Shown here one piece after another: positions 29,397-37,754 of a stretch of 53,041 nucleotides of DNA; the stretch's first letter is position 1, and every line of letters begins with the position of its first letter. The notes under the pieces were generated by a model. The model worked only from the letters and a program-made list of their open reading frames with translations. It was not told where the DNA came from and made no database searches. Source of the DNA: Firmicutes bacterium UBA5473 (lineage in GTDB: Bacteria > Bacillota > DTU084); contig DIQB01000129.1 of assembly GCA_002427165.1 (NCBI GenBank), positions 1 through 53,041 on the forward strand, written 5' to 3'. Made by a program: the position numbers and the translations under genes.

Positions 29397-30164
29397 ATGG
29401 TTTTATTGTCGTCTATAGCAGCACAACTATATACCGTACATGATTTTATGCAAACTCCAGCAGATATTGCCAAAAGTTTAAAAAAGGTTTCAAAGATAGG
29501 TTATAAAGCTGTACAGGTTTCTGGTTTAGGACCCATAGACACTAAAGAATTAAAAAGCATTCTAGATGGTGAGGGACTAAAGGTATGCGCTACTCATGTT
29601 AAATTCGATAAGCTGAAGGAAAATATTAATGAAGTTATAGAATATCAAAGGATTCTGGATTGCGATTTTGTGGCTATCGGAAGCATGCCTGAAGAATATC
29701 GAAATTTAGAAGGCTTCACGAGATTTGCTAAGGCTATCAATCCTATTGCAAAACATCTTAGTGAGGCAGGATTGGTTTTTGGTTATCACAACCATAGTTT
29801 TGAACTTCAAATATATGGTAACAAAACTGGACTGGAAATCTTCTTTGAAGCATGCGATCCTAAATATGTTACCGCTGAGTTTGATACACATTGGCTACAA
29901 AACGCTGGTGCAGATCCTATTGCTTGGATCAGGGAGTTTAGAGGTCGTGTTCCTGTAATTCATCTAAAAGATATGACTATAGTAGATAACGTCCCAATTA
30001 TGGCCGAAGTCGGGGAAGGCAATATGAACTGGCAGGGCATATTAGATGAATGTAGGAAATCCGGTACAAAGTGGTATGCAGTTGAACAAGATATATGTCG
30101 GCGCGATCCATTCGAAAGTTTAGCCATAAGCCTCAGAAATTTAAGAGGGATGGGATTAAAGTAG
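29397..30164 (+). CDS. Sugar phosphate isomerase/epimerase (xylose isomerase-like TIM barrel) family protein
   Basis: Typical length, pattern YKAVQVSG...GYHNHSFE...EFDTHW...HLKD...EQD. The start could instead be the TTG at 29406. Confidence 0.7.
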   Translation: MVLLSSIAAQLYTVHDFMQTPADIAKSLKKVSKIGYKAVQVSGLGPIDTKELKSILDGEGLKVCATHVKFDKLKENINEVIEYQRILDCDFVAIGSMPEEYRNLEGFTRFAKAINPIAKHLSEAGLVFGYHNHSFELQIYGNKTGLEIFFEACDPKYVTAEFDTHWLQNAGADPIAWIREFRGRVPVIHLKDMTIVDNVPIMAEVGEGNMNWQGILDECRKSGTKWYAVEQDICRRDPFESLAISLRNLRGMGLK

Positions 30165-30255
30165 CGCTGAGCATTCTATTTGTATCCAATGTGGGTGGAT
30201 TATGTATCGTAATAAGAATAATGGTTTTGAACTCAACTTTCGCAGCCTGAAATAG

Positions 30256-30906
30256 TGCTCCAAAGCGCGTAGAGACTGTTATTATAAGGGATTTCGAATG
30301 CTGACTCTAGGCTGGTCTGACGGACATAGTTTTATTCCAGTTGATTTTGCGCTGCTTAGTTCGATTAAATCCCAATTAAACGGTATGGTAGCTAAAATTG
30401 ATAAAAGAACCTCTGGTTATAAAAGACGCGTAGAGTCCCTGCTTCCTGCTCCTACACTTGTTCCCGATATGGTCGATCGCGCTTTGTCAGCTGGAATTAG
30501 AGCTTTATATGTACTAAAGGATAGCTGGTTTACTCATGCGCCGCTAATAAGAGCTATTAAACAAAAAGGGCTAGATGTCATTGGCATGGTGAAAGCTGAC
30601 AACAAACGTTATCATGGTGGAGAAAACCGATTATCTTTAAACGAGCTATATTTTGCTGCTACAAGGGTTCAGGAAAAGAATAAGAACATAATCCGTTCCA
30701 TTCGGACTCAACTTTCGCCAGGAATTCCTGTACATATTGTTTTTGTCCGTCATCGCACAAATAAAAAGGACTGGGTAGCAATCCTATTAACTGATTTAAT
30801 CTTAACCGTAGAAGAAATAATCAGATCTATAGCATTCGTTGGGATAAAATACCGATATCGGCATTTTGTCCCTTATGCTGATATTCCAGTTATGCCGACA
30901 TTTTAA
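30256..30906 (+). pseudogene. IS4-like DDE transposase fragment, missing its N-terminus and broken at its C-terminus
   Basis: YKGFRMLTLGWSDGHSFIPVDFALLSS...YVLKDSWFTHAPLIRAIKQKGLDVIGMVK...TVEEIIR. The expected IY..RWD continues only after a frameshift near 30830, and homology stops near 30850. Confidence 0.6.
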
Positions 30907-31041
30907 TGAAGTTCCAATGTCTGCGTTCCATACGTATTAAATATCGGCATTTTCTGTTATGATGAGAAAAATCATAACAGGAGGTGCCACTATGGAACGA
31001 ACAATTTAAAATGTTATTGACGGCCTGATTCTGCAGATTAA

Positions 31042-31242
31042 AGAGTACGGGGCCACCTTGCCGAGTGGCTGGGGCACAGCAGACTTGAAACGACTAGAAT
31101 TAACGCATCAGCTACGACAGAAAGGAAGCGCAAAGCAGCCGAAAAGTTGGCACTCGATGAGAAATCCGTCTTCAAGAATGATGTGCCGTTTAAGTATGCT
31201 GATAATGATGAAATGTTGAAACGTCTTTGTGGACTGAAATAA
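31042..31242 (+). pseudogene. Possible C-terminal remnant of a tyrosine recombinase/integrase
   Basis: A start-less 66-codon open frame reads RVRGHLAEWLGHSRLETTRINAS..., resembling the LGHS..ETT..Y tail of phage-type integrases with Tyr replaced by Asn. It lies opposite the 100-aa track ORF at 31038-31340. Confidence 0.3.
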
Positions 31243-31465
31243 TTATCCCGATAAATATCAAGGGCATTGTGAAAAGGAGTGTTTCCGTAGCTGCCCATCG
31301 TAAAACCTGTTCGCCACTTTGCAAGTAAACATCTTACCAAGGCCTTCGTGAATACTTGCAGCTCCTAGTCTTCGTGCTATGTACGCTATGTCTTTGAGCT
31401 TTGATTCCAAGGCCCTATTGGAAAAGGTTATGGTCGCTTACCCCAAATTTTAAAGATCACGTTAT

Positions 31466-31491
31466 GAGGGCGCCTCTATCTTAGCGCCCTC
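31466..31491 (-). terminator. 8-bp GC-rich hairpin just downstream of the minus-strand esterase gene
   Basis: GAGGGCGC-ctctatctta-GCGCCCTC, 40 nt after the stop at 31531. The T-run is not adjacent. Confidence 0.3.
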
Positions 31492-31530
31492 GCTATTCCC
31501 GAATCTTTGTACCGCAAACACTTTGATAAG

Positions 31531-32307
31531 CTACTCCCTATTTATAAAACCTAATGATCCCAACCATTTACCACATAACTCTGTCCAGCTTGCCTCAAGC
31601 CCTTCTCCCAAACCTAAACCATGTCTTCCCTCAGGATAGATATGAAGAGCAAAAGGAACCTTCTTTTCCCGCAGCGCCCGTGCAAACAGAAGACTATTTT
31701 CCACAGGCACCGCCTCGTCATCTGCAGTATGCCAGATGAAACAGGGCGGTGTCTCTTTTGTTACCGAGTTTTCTAAAGATAACCTTTCCCTAAGATCCTC
31801 TGAAGGCTCCCCACCCAAAAGATTCACCATAGACCCTCGGTGCCCGTAAGGCCCAAAAGAGATCACAGGATAGCACAAAATCATAGCATCAGGCCGGGAA
31901 GAACACCTTTCAATAGGATCTTTTGCCGTGGAATCACCTGAGGTGAAAAACGTACCAGCCGAGGCCGCCAAGTGCCCACCTGCAGAAAAACCTAAAATCG
32001 CAATTTTATCAGGAAGAATATTAAACTCCGAAGCCTTCGCGCGCACAAGCTGAACCGCCCGCTGCGCATCTTCCAAAGGTGCCGGATGTTGCGCTAGTCT
32101 GTAGTGAAGCACGAAGGCAGAATAACCCAAACTATTTGCCCAGCGGGCAATAGGCTCACCTTCATGGGGCGCTAAATGCTCATAAGCTCCACCAGGGCAG
32201 ACGATTACCGCACCTCGTGGCTCCTCTGATTCTACTAAATACGGAATCAAGATCCCGGATTGCGTATTTTGGTTACTTACATTCAATTCAATTGGAGTTT
32301 GTCTCAC
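31531..32307 (-). CDS. Alpha/beta hydrolase (acetyl-esterase/BD-FAE-like) protein
   Basis: VIVCPGGAY (oxyanion HGG-like region), GFSAGGHLA nucleophile elbow, and C-terminal EGRHGLGL. Confidence 0.8.
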   Translation of the reverse strand: MRQTPIELNVSNQNTQSGILIPYLVESEEPRGAVIVCPGGAYEHLAPHEGEPIARWANSLGYSAFVLHYRLAQHPAPLEDAQRAVQLVRAKASEFNILPDKIAILGFSAGGHLAASAGTFFTSGDSTAKDPIERCSSRPDAMILCYPVISFGPYGHRGSMVNLLGGEPSEDLRERLSLENSVTKETPPCFIWHTADDEAVPVENSLLFARALREKKVPFALHIYPEGRHGLGLGEGLEASWTELCGKWLGSLGFINRE

Positions 32308-32499
32308 CGAAAAAGACCCCTCTCAAGATTGTTTAATACAATAATTCTTCAAAGGGTGGCTGCTTCCTGCTAATTGATTTTCACTTTGCAGGGTTTGTAG
32401 GGGCGAATAGAGAAATATAGAAGATACCAGGTTCTACCATTGTCAAAATCGGAGTGGGGGTGTGAGTAAAAATAATCACCACAAAAGAGGGGGAAAATT

Positions 32500-33489
32500 A
32501 TGATAATGGACGAAGAAATTTGGCGTGCGTACTTAGATTCACTCACAGAAAAAGAACTACGTAGCTTTGCCCGAAAGTTGGGCTTCAGGATCGATGGTTT
32601 TCGTAAAGATCACCAAAAAACACCCAGACCCGTCCTCATCAGTCACTTTGGAAAACATCCTGGTGTTGCAGCAATCATGCCAAGTTTGTTGTGGCTAAGG
32701 AAGAAAATGGAGGAGGAAACGGAAAATGAGGTTGAGGCAATTGAGGAACAACAGCAAGAACTCTTTGCAGAATACGGGGCAGTACCAATAATCGCAGCCT
32801 TAGCCTCAACTGAAGAAGATGAGCTTGTGGAGTTAGGAGAACTATGGTTCGACGCTTGGCTAGAGGAGAGCGAACAGCAAAAAGAAGAGGCAAAGGATCA
32901 AAAGGAGGAGAGCAAACTGGAAAGCCAAATTGTTGACCTCCAGGCTCAGATGAAGCAGCTTGAAAAGAAACTCAAGCGAGCGGAAAGAGATGAAAAGGAC
33001 TGGAAAAGCAAATATGAAACTTTAAAAACTAAAAACGAAAAAGATCGAGAACGTTGGAAGAAAAAAACAAACAGCTACGATGAGAAACTCGCGAAAAAAG
33101 AGGAGGAAGTCGCCCTATGGATAGAAAAATGCACACAACTGGAAGGTCAACTTGCGAAAATGGAGACAGAAAAAGCGAAACTGGAGCACGAATTAAATCA
33201 AAGCTGCCTCGAGATCCTAGTCGTAGGGACCCAGGAGCGACCAGGGGAGAGGAAACGCATCGGATCTGAACTTGTGAACCTGAGCTATATCGACAGCAAC
33301 AAACAAAATGGCCTCTCAGAGCTAGTTTTAGATAAAGATTACATCCTCCTTCAATCTGCAAGGCTATCGAATCCTTTGCGAGCTAACCTTTACACCTGGT
33401 GCCTGCGGGCAGGAAAACAGCCCCTGGAATTCTCAGGTGAAGAAGAACTAATGAAAAAACTAGAACGTGTTTTGGGGGCAGAAAAATGA
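32500..33489 (+). CDS. Highly charged coiled-coil protein of unknown function; first gene of the McrBC-like module
   Basis: AGAGGGGG RBS. A central segment of about 110 aa is E/K/Q-rich and heptad-like (KLESQIVDLQAQMKQLEKKLKRAERDEKDWKSKYETLKTKNEK...). The stop overlaps the next start (ATGA). Confidence 0.75.
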   Translation: MIMDEEIWRAYLDSLTEKELRSFARKLGFRIDGFRKDHQKTPRPVLISHFGKHPGVAAIMPSLLWLRKKMEEETENEVEAIEEQQQELFAEYGAVPIIAALASTEEDELVELGELWFDAWLEESEQQKEEAKDQKEESKLESQIVDLQAQMKQLEKKLKRAERDEKDWKSKYETLKTKNEKDRERWKKKTNSYDEKLAKKEEEVALWIEKCTQLEGQLAKMETEKAKLEHELNQSCLEILVVGTQERPGERKRIGSELVNLSYIDSNKQNGLSELVLDKDYILLQSARLSNPLRANLYTWCLRAGKQPLEFSGEEELMKKLERVLGAEK

Positions 33490-35324
33490 CAAAAAGATGG
33501 GAATGCTTATTGGCCGGCAGACTGGCCCGAAAAGAAGAGATGTCCTATGGCCAGGAGCCGATTTTTGTAAATAATAATGACGCACTGCAGTTCTCAATTA
33601 AAGTGCAAAGCATCGGGCCTGAGGATTGCCCCACAGACGAACTATACTCTTGCTGGTGCAATAAAGTAGAGCAGTTTGGTTTCCATGATGATTCCCGAGA
33701 ATTTGAGGTTTTGCGGTTGGACAAATTGACTAAATTTCTTGAAGATAAGATCATCCTCTTCAAGCCCAGCATGAATCACGGTGGAGAGGGGAGAATCTTC
33801 TACACTGCAGAACCAAAAAGCCTCCTTCCCCGACCTGACGGAATCACTGGGGACACAAAATTGGTACCACTGCTCCTGGCTCGAGAGCAGGGAGAGGAGC
33901 TGGCAGAAGCATTAGCACTGGGAAGAGCTCTTGGTCGCTTTGAAAGCTACCCCAGAGAGATGCCCCAGCCTGTGGCAGTTGTGGATAGCACGCTTTCCGT
34001 TGCCTATGGCCCTGTGGCAGGCCTCGCCATCCGGCGAGATGAAATATCCGCCATTATCCAAGAACCCCCAAGATATGTTCCCTTGGAGGAAAAATTCTCA
34101 GACTCCTTTCTCTTCTACGAAAACCTGATCTTGGTAGACGAGGGAATAGCTAAAACTTTAGAGGAGGAACTAGCCGGGGGCCAGACTGTTACCATCCAAC
34201 CTCCTCAGGTGCAGCAAACAACAGGACATACATCCCCTGTGGAAATTAAATTCCTTGAGGATTTTCAAGCCCTCACCCGGGCAGAAGGGTTCTTGTATAG
34301 CAAAGAGGACATGGAAAACCTTCACCTCTCTTTTAAATGTGGGAGCCTGGTGCTCCTCGCTGGCATGACTGGCATCGGCAAAAGTCAGCTGGTGCGGCTT
34401 TATAGCAAAATGCTAGGTCTTAAGGAGAGATTTCTCATGCTCCCTGTAAGCCCAACCTGGCACGAAGACTCAGATCTCATTGGCTACCTGGATACTTTGA
34501 ACATGATCTATAGGCCTAGCACGGAACTTGTGGATCTTTTGCTTGCGGCCCAACTGAACCCAGATGAACTATATCTAGTCTGCTTCGATGAGATGAACCT
34601 AGCCCGACCAGAGCACTATTTTGCCCAGTTTCTCAGCGTCCTTGAATCACCGCAAAAAGAGCGCTACCTTACCCTCTACAACCCAAAGCTCCAAGAGAGG
34701 GTCTATAACTCGAACCTTTACCCCCCGCGGGTGAAAATTGGCAGCAACGTACTCTTTGCCGGCACAATTAACGTTGATGAATCAACCTATGCCTTCAGCG
34801 ATAAACTCCTAGATCGGGCCAATGTAATCAGGCTCAAACTGGACTCGTTTTCAGAGCTGGCAAGATTGGGAGCAGAGGAGCCACCCAGACTCTACCCTAT
34901 CTCCTTTGCAACCTACAGCGCCTGGCGGCACTATAATTGCCAAGGCCTGGCCCTCACCGACAACGAGCTGGCCTTTTTCGAGGAGCTCCAGGCAGAATTT
35001 GAGAAAGTGGATTTAGAGCGGGGCTTTGGCTATCGGGTCTTGCGACAAATAGACTGCTACGTGGGGAACCTCCCAGGGAGCGAAGGTTGGCTTACCAGGG
35101 GCGAGGCCATAGACCTGCAGGTGAGCCAGCGGATTCTCACCAAACTCAGAGGACCCAAAGAGCAATGGGAGAACCTGGTGGGCAGGATCAGAGGCGAAGA
35201 ATTGGAAGCAAGTTCCCTGGAGGAGGTTTTTAATAAATACCCCATGGTCAGTGACTTCTCTCGCTCCCGCATCGGTCTTAGACGCAAGGCAAAGGAGCTA
35301 GGCTGGTATGGGTATGCGTCGTAA
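33486..35324 (+). CDS. McrB-like AAA+ (AAA_5) GTPase with an unassigned N-terminal region of about 280 aa
   Basis: Walker A GMTGIGKS. Walker B LVCFDEMNLARPEHYFAQFLSVLE. TINVDEST..LLDRANVI parallels McrB MNTADRS..RRF. Confidence 0.8.
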   Translation: MTKRWECLLAGRLARKEEMSYGQEPIFVNNNDALQFSIKVQSIGPEDCPTDELYSCWCNKVEQFGFHDDSREFEVLRLDKLTKFLEDKIILFKPSMNHGGEGRIFYTAEPKSLLPRPDGITGDTKLVPLLLAREQGEELAEALALGRALGRFESYPREMPQPVAVVDSTLSVAYGPVAGLAIRRDEISAIIQEPPRYVPLEEKFSDSFLFYENLILVDEGIAKTLEEELAGGQTVTIQPPQVQQTTGHTSPVEIKFLEDFQALTRAEGFLYSKEDMENLHLSFKCGSLVLLAGMTGIGKSQLVRLYSKMLGLKERFLMLPVSPTWHEDSDLIGYLDTLNMIYRPSTELVDLLLAAQLNPDELYLVCFDEMNLARPEHYFAQFLSVLESPQKERYLTLYNPKLQERVYNSNLYPPRVKIGSNVLFAGTINVDESTYAFSDKLLDRANVIRLKLDSFSELARLGAEEPPRLYPISFATYSAWRHYNCQGLALTDNELAFFEELQAEFEKVDLERGFGYRVLRQIDCYVGNLPGSEGWLTRGEAIDLQVSQRILTKLRGPKEQWENLVGRIRGEELEASSLEEVFNKYPMVSDFSRSRIGLRRKAKELGWYGYAS

Positions 35325-36930
35325 TGATCTCCCCTTTGAGCTCCGCTTCTACCTCTACCGCAATGTGGAGGCTAGTCGCGACTGTTTTTTAACCATCATG
35401 GATGACTTTGTGGAAGAACCAAGTGAGGTGGATTCCAGCTACGTCCAAATGCGGGAGTTCGCCCAGGTAGAGGTGGAGCTGGTGGCCAAAGAACCTGGTC
35501 CCTGGCGTCTGTATCTGGCAGGCCTTGAGCGCAGCGATAGCCGCTATGTAGAAAGCGATGGTAAAGAGTCGTGGTTACCTCACGGCGCGCGCATTACCCT
35601 CAGCAGTCCCACAGAGGAGCCCTGGATCCCAGGCTACTACGATGTACAGGTCCGCTGTGGGGACAGGATCTATTATAACCTGCTCTACGTCTGTCCCAAA
35701 GGCATGACCACCCACCAGTTAGATCTCATGCGCCAGGAGATTGAGGATCTAGCTGCAGGCCTGGCCATGGACGTGGCAGGAGGAAGAGCTGGGGGGCTTT
35801 CTCCGGAGGCCCACTATCGCTACAGGCTTCTGTGGGACAACTTCCCCCAACTCTGCGCTGCAGTAACGGATATCCTGGAGCGTCCCTCCCAGCAGGTTAC
35901 TCGCAACTGGCAGGTTGTCCCCTCCAGTTGCGCCCGGAGGATCGACAGGCAAAGCATCACCTGGCTTAGCAAACACCCCCAGACCTTTGCAGGGGGCAAA
36001 CCCCAGCGCATCCTCTGGGGTAAAGGCACGGTCCTGTATGATCTGCCAGAAAACGTCTGGCTAGCTGGCGTCCTAGATCAGATCATCACCCTTTTAGGAG
36101 AGATCGCTCTGGCCGGGGAGGGAGAGCAGGCAAAGCGGGCCCTACATATGCAGGAACGGCTGCGGATCCTGCGGCAGCGGCCCCCTTTAGCAGAGCTTAT
36201 AGGAGGGAGCGTCAGTTGGTCCTTGGCCATGTTCAAGGACGGCAGATACAGGCTCCTCTACGAGCTCTGGCGGCAGCTGTTTAAGCCCCTATCTGTGTAT
36301 TTCCGCGGCGAGCTAGGCTGGAAACGCACAGATAAGCTCTTCGAATACTGGTGCTTTCTGCGCACCATCGTTGCCCTCGAGGAGTTAGGTTTCAGTCCCA
36401 CCGGCGGTACTTTGCTTGCAGGGCAGCTAGAAAAAGAGGGAGTGGTGGTTTCTCTCAGTGCAGGCACCAAAGTGGAGCTCAGCCGCGGAGAACGCTCCGT
36501 TGTGGTTACGTATGATGAGGTATTGCCCCATACTCTAGAGGAGGTTAGGGCTCGGGACCATTTTCTAATGGTGATCTCCCCCCATGATAAGCCAGACATT
36601 CGTTTAGATTTCTATGAAAACGGAGCGTATCAATATACCTCGATCATGGATGCTAAATACCGCCATCCCCTTTGGATCTGGGACCGGAGGGTTTTTGCTG
36701 GAGGGATAAAATGGCCCCAGGCTATGAACCAGATCTCCAACTATAAAAATTCCGTCTATAACATTAATCAATCAGATCTGCGTTGCGTCCGGGAGGCTGC
36801 TTTGATTTGCCCGCCTGTAGATGAACCACAGGTGGACTACGCCTCAGACTATCACCTAGCGCTTGTGATGGAGGCGCCAGGTGATGGCAAGGTGCTGCGG
36901 GAGTATTTGGAAAGCAAAGTAATTGCCTAG
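35308..36930 (+). CDS. McrC-like DUF2357/DUF524 (COG1700-type) PD-(D/E)xK nuclease
   Basis: LFEYWCFLRTIVALEELGF followed by KPDIRLDF...TSIMDAKYR (D-x17-D-x-K). A 17-nt overlap with the GTPase gene. Confidence 0.75.
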   Translation: MGMRRNDLPFELRFYLYRNVEASRDCFLTIMDDFVEEPSEVDSSYVQMREFAQVEVELVAKEPGPWRLYLAGLERSDSRYVESDGKESWLPHGARITLSSPTEEPWIPGYYDVQVRCGDRIYYNLLYVCPKGMTTHQLDLMRQEIEDLAAGLAMDVAGGRAGGLSPEAHYRYRLLWDNFPQLCAAVTDILERPSQQVTRNWQVVPSSCARRIDRQSITWLSKHPQTFAGGKPQRILWGKGTVLYDLPENVWLAGVLDQIITLLGEIALAGEGEQAKRALHMQERLRILRQRPPLAELIGGSVSWSLAMFKDGRYRLLYELWRQLFKPLSVYFRGELGWKRTDKLFEYWCFLRTIVALEELGFSPTGGTLLAGQLEKEGVVVSLSAGTKVELSRGERSVVVTYDEVLPHTLEEVRARDHFLMVISPHDKPDIRLDFYENGAYQYTSIMDAKYRHPLWIWDRRVFAGGIKWPQAMNQISNYKNSVYNINQSDLRCVREAALICPPVDEPQVDYASDYHLALVMEAPGDGKVLREYLESKVIA

Positions 36931-37646
36931 GAAAACCAGCAGAGCACAATCCCGGCTAAAGTTCCCACGGCAAAGGCAACTGTGGCAAGATACTCGTGGC
37001 TAAGCTCGTGGGCATCTGGGAGCATTTTCTCCACCACAATGCACAGCATAGCACCGCCTGCAAAGCCCAAAGAGCCTGAGAGGAGGCCCCCAGAGAGCCG
37101 CCCTACAAGGGCGCCGATGAGGGTCCCACCTGCCATGGGGAGGCCCGTGAGGATGGTGGCCAAAAGCACCTTGCCTCGCCTGACATTTGCCAGACGCATA
37201 GGGACGCCTATGGCCACCCCCTCTGGGATGTTGTGCACAGTCATCACAAAAGCCACGCCAAAGCCTAGGCTGGCTGCAGCAGAAAAGCCTGCTCCCACAG
37301 CCATCCCTTCAGCAAAGTCGTGCATAGCGACTCCCAGAGCTAAAAGGAGGCTAGTGGCCAGATGCTTGTTTTGTAAAAACTTTAGCTTGCGTAGAAAAGA
37401 GTCCAGAGCCAAGATTAGCACAAAGCCCAGGAGCATCCCTCCTAATCCCCACAGGAGGCCCCCAATATCGAAGGCAGCCGTGAGGAGATCGAAGGCAACC
37501 ACAGCAAACATCAGTCCCCCGGAAAAACCCAAGAGCCAACCTAAAATATTTTTACTCTGGTGGATAGTGATGGAAATGAGCCCACCCAGCCCTGTGCCCA
37601 CAATACCGCTGAGGAGTCCGATGGTGGTTGTAAAAAGTAAATTCAA
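36927..37646 (-). CDS. zupT: ZIP-family divalent metal (zinc) transporter
   Basis: Polytopic membrane protein with the ZIP signature HNIPEGVAIG and HDFAEGMAVG. Confidence 0.8.
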   Translation of the reverse strand: MNLLFTTTIGLLSGIVGTGLGGLISITIHQSKNILGWLLGFSGGLMFAVVAFDLLTAAFDIGGLLWGLGGMLLGFVLILALDSFLRKLKFLQNKHLATSLLLALGVAMHDFAEGMAVGAGFSAAASLGFGVAFVMTVHNIPEGVAIGVPMRLANVRRGKVLLATILTGLPMAGGTLIGALVGRLSGGLLSGSLGFAGGAMLCIVVEKMLPDAHELSHEYLATVAFAVGTLAGIVLCWFS

Positions 37647-37663
37647 TTGCCTACCTCCTGCGC

Positions 37664-37692
37664 TTTACGAAAGCCCTCTTAATATGCTAGAA
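37664..37692 (+). promoter_or_regulatory. Candidate sigma-70-type promoter for the paaK-ACT (and possibly downstream) genes
   Basis: TTACGA, then 17 nt ending in TGC, then TAGAAT (extended -10). It lies about 65 nt upstream of the ATG at 37755. Confidence 0.4.
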
Positions 37693-37754
37693 TATGGCTA
37701 TAGTATTATCAATTTATGATCGATGTGGATTATTTATGATTTGGCCAGGAGGGA

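Noticed and set aside
31038-31340. 100-aa minus-strand ORF
   Set aside because: It has no RBS or motif. The opposite strand carries a more plausible, though still weak, integrase-tail-like frame. The region is most likely non-functional debris.
36982-37719. 245-aa + strand ORF rich in P/R/A/S
   Set aside because: It is entirely antisense to the well-supported ZIP transporter gene. Its low-complexity composition is typical of shadow ORFs in GC-rich DNA.
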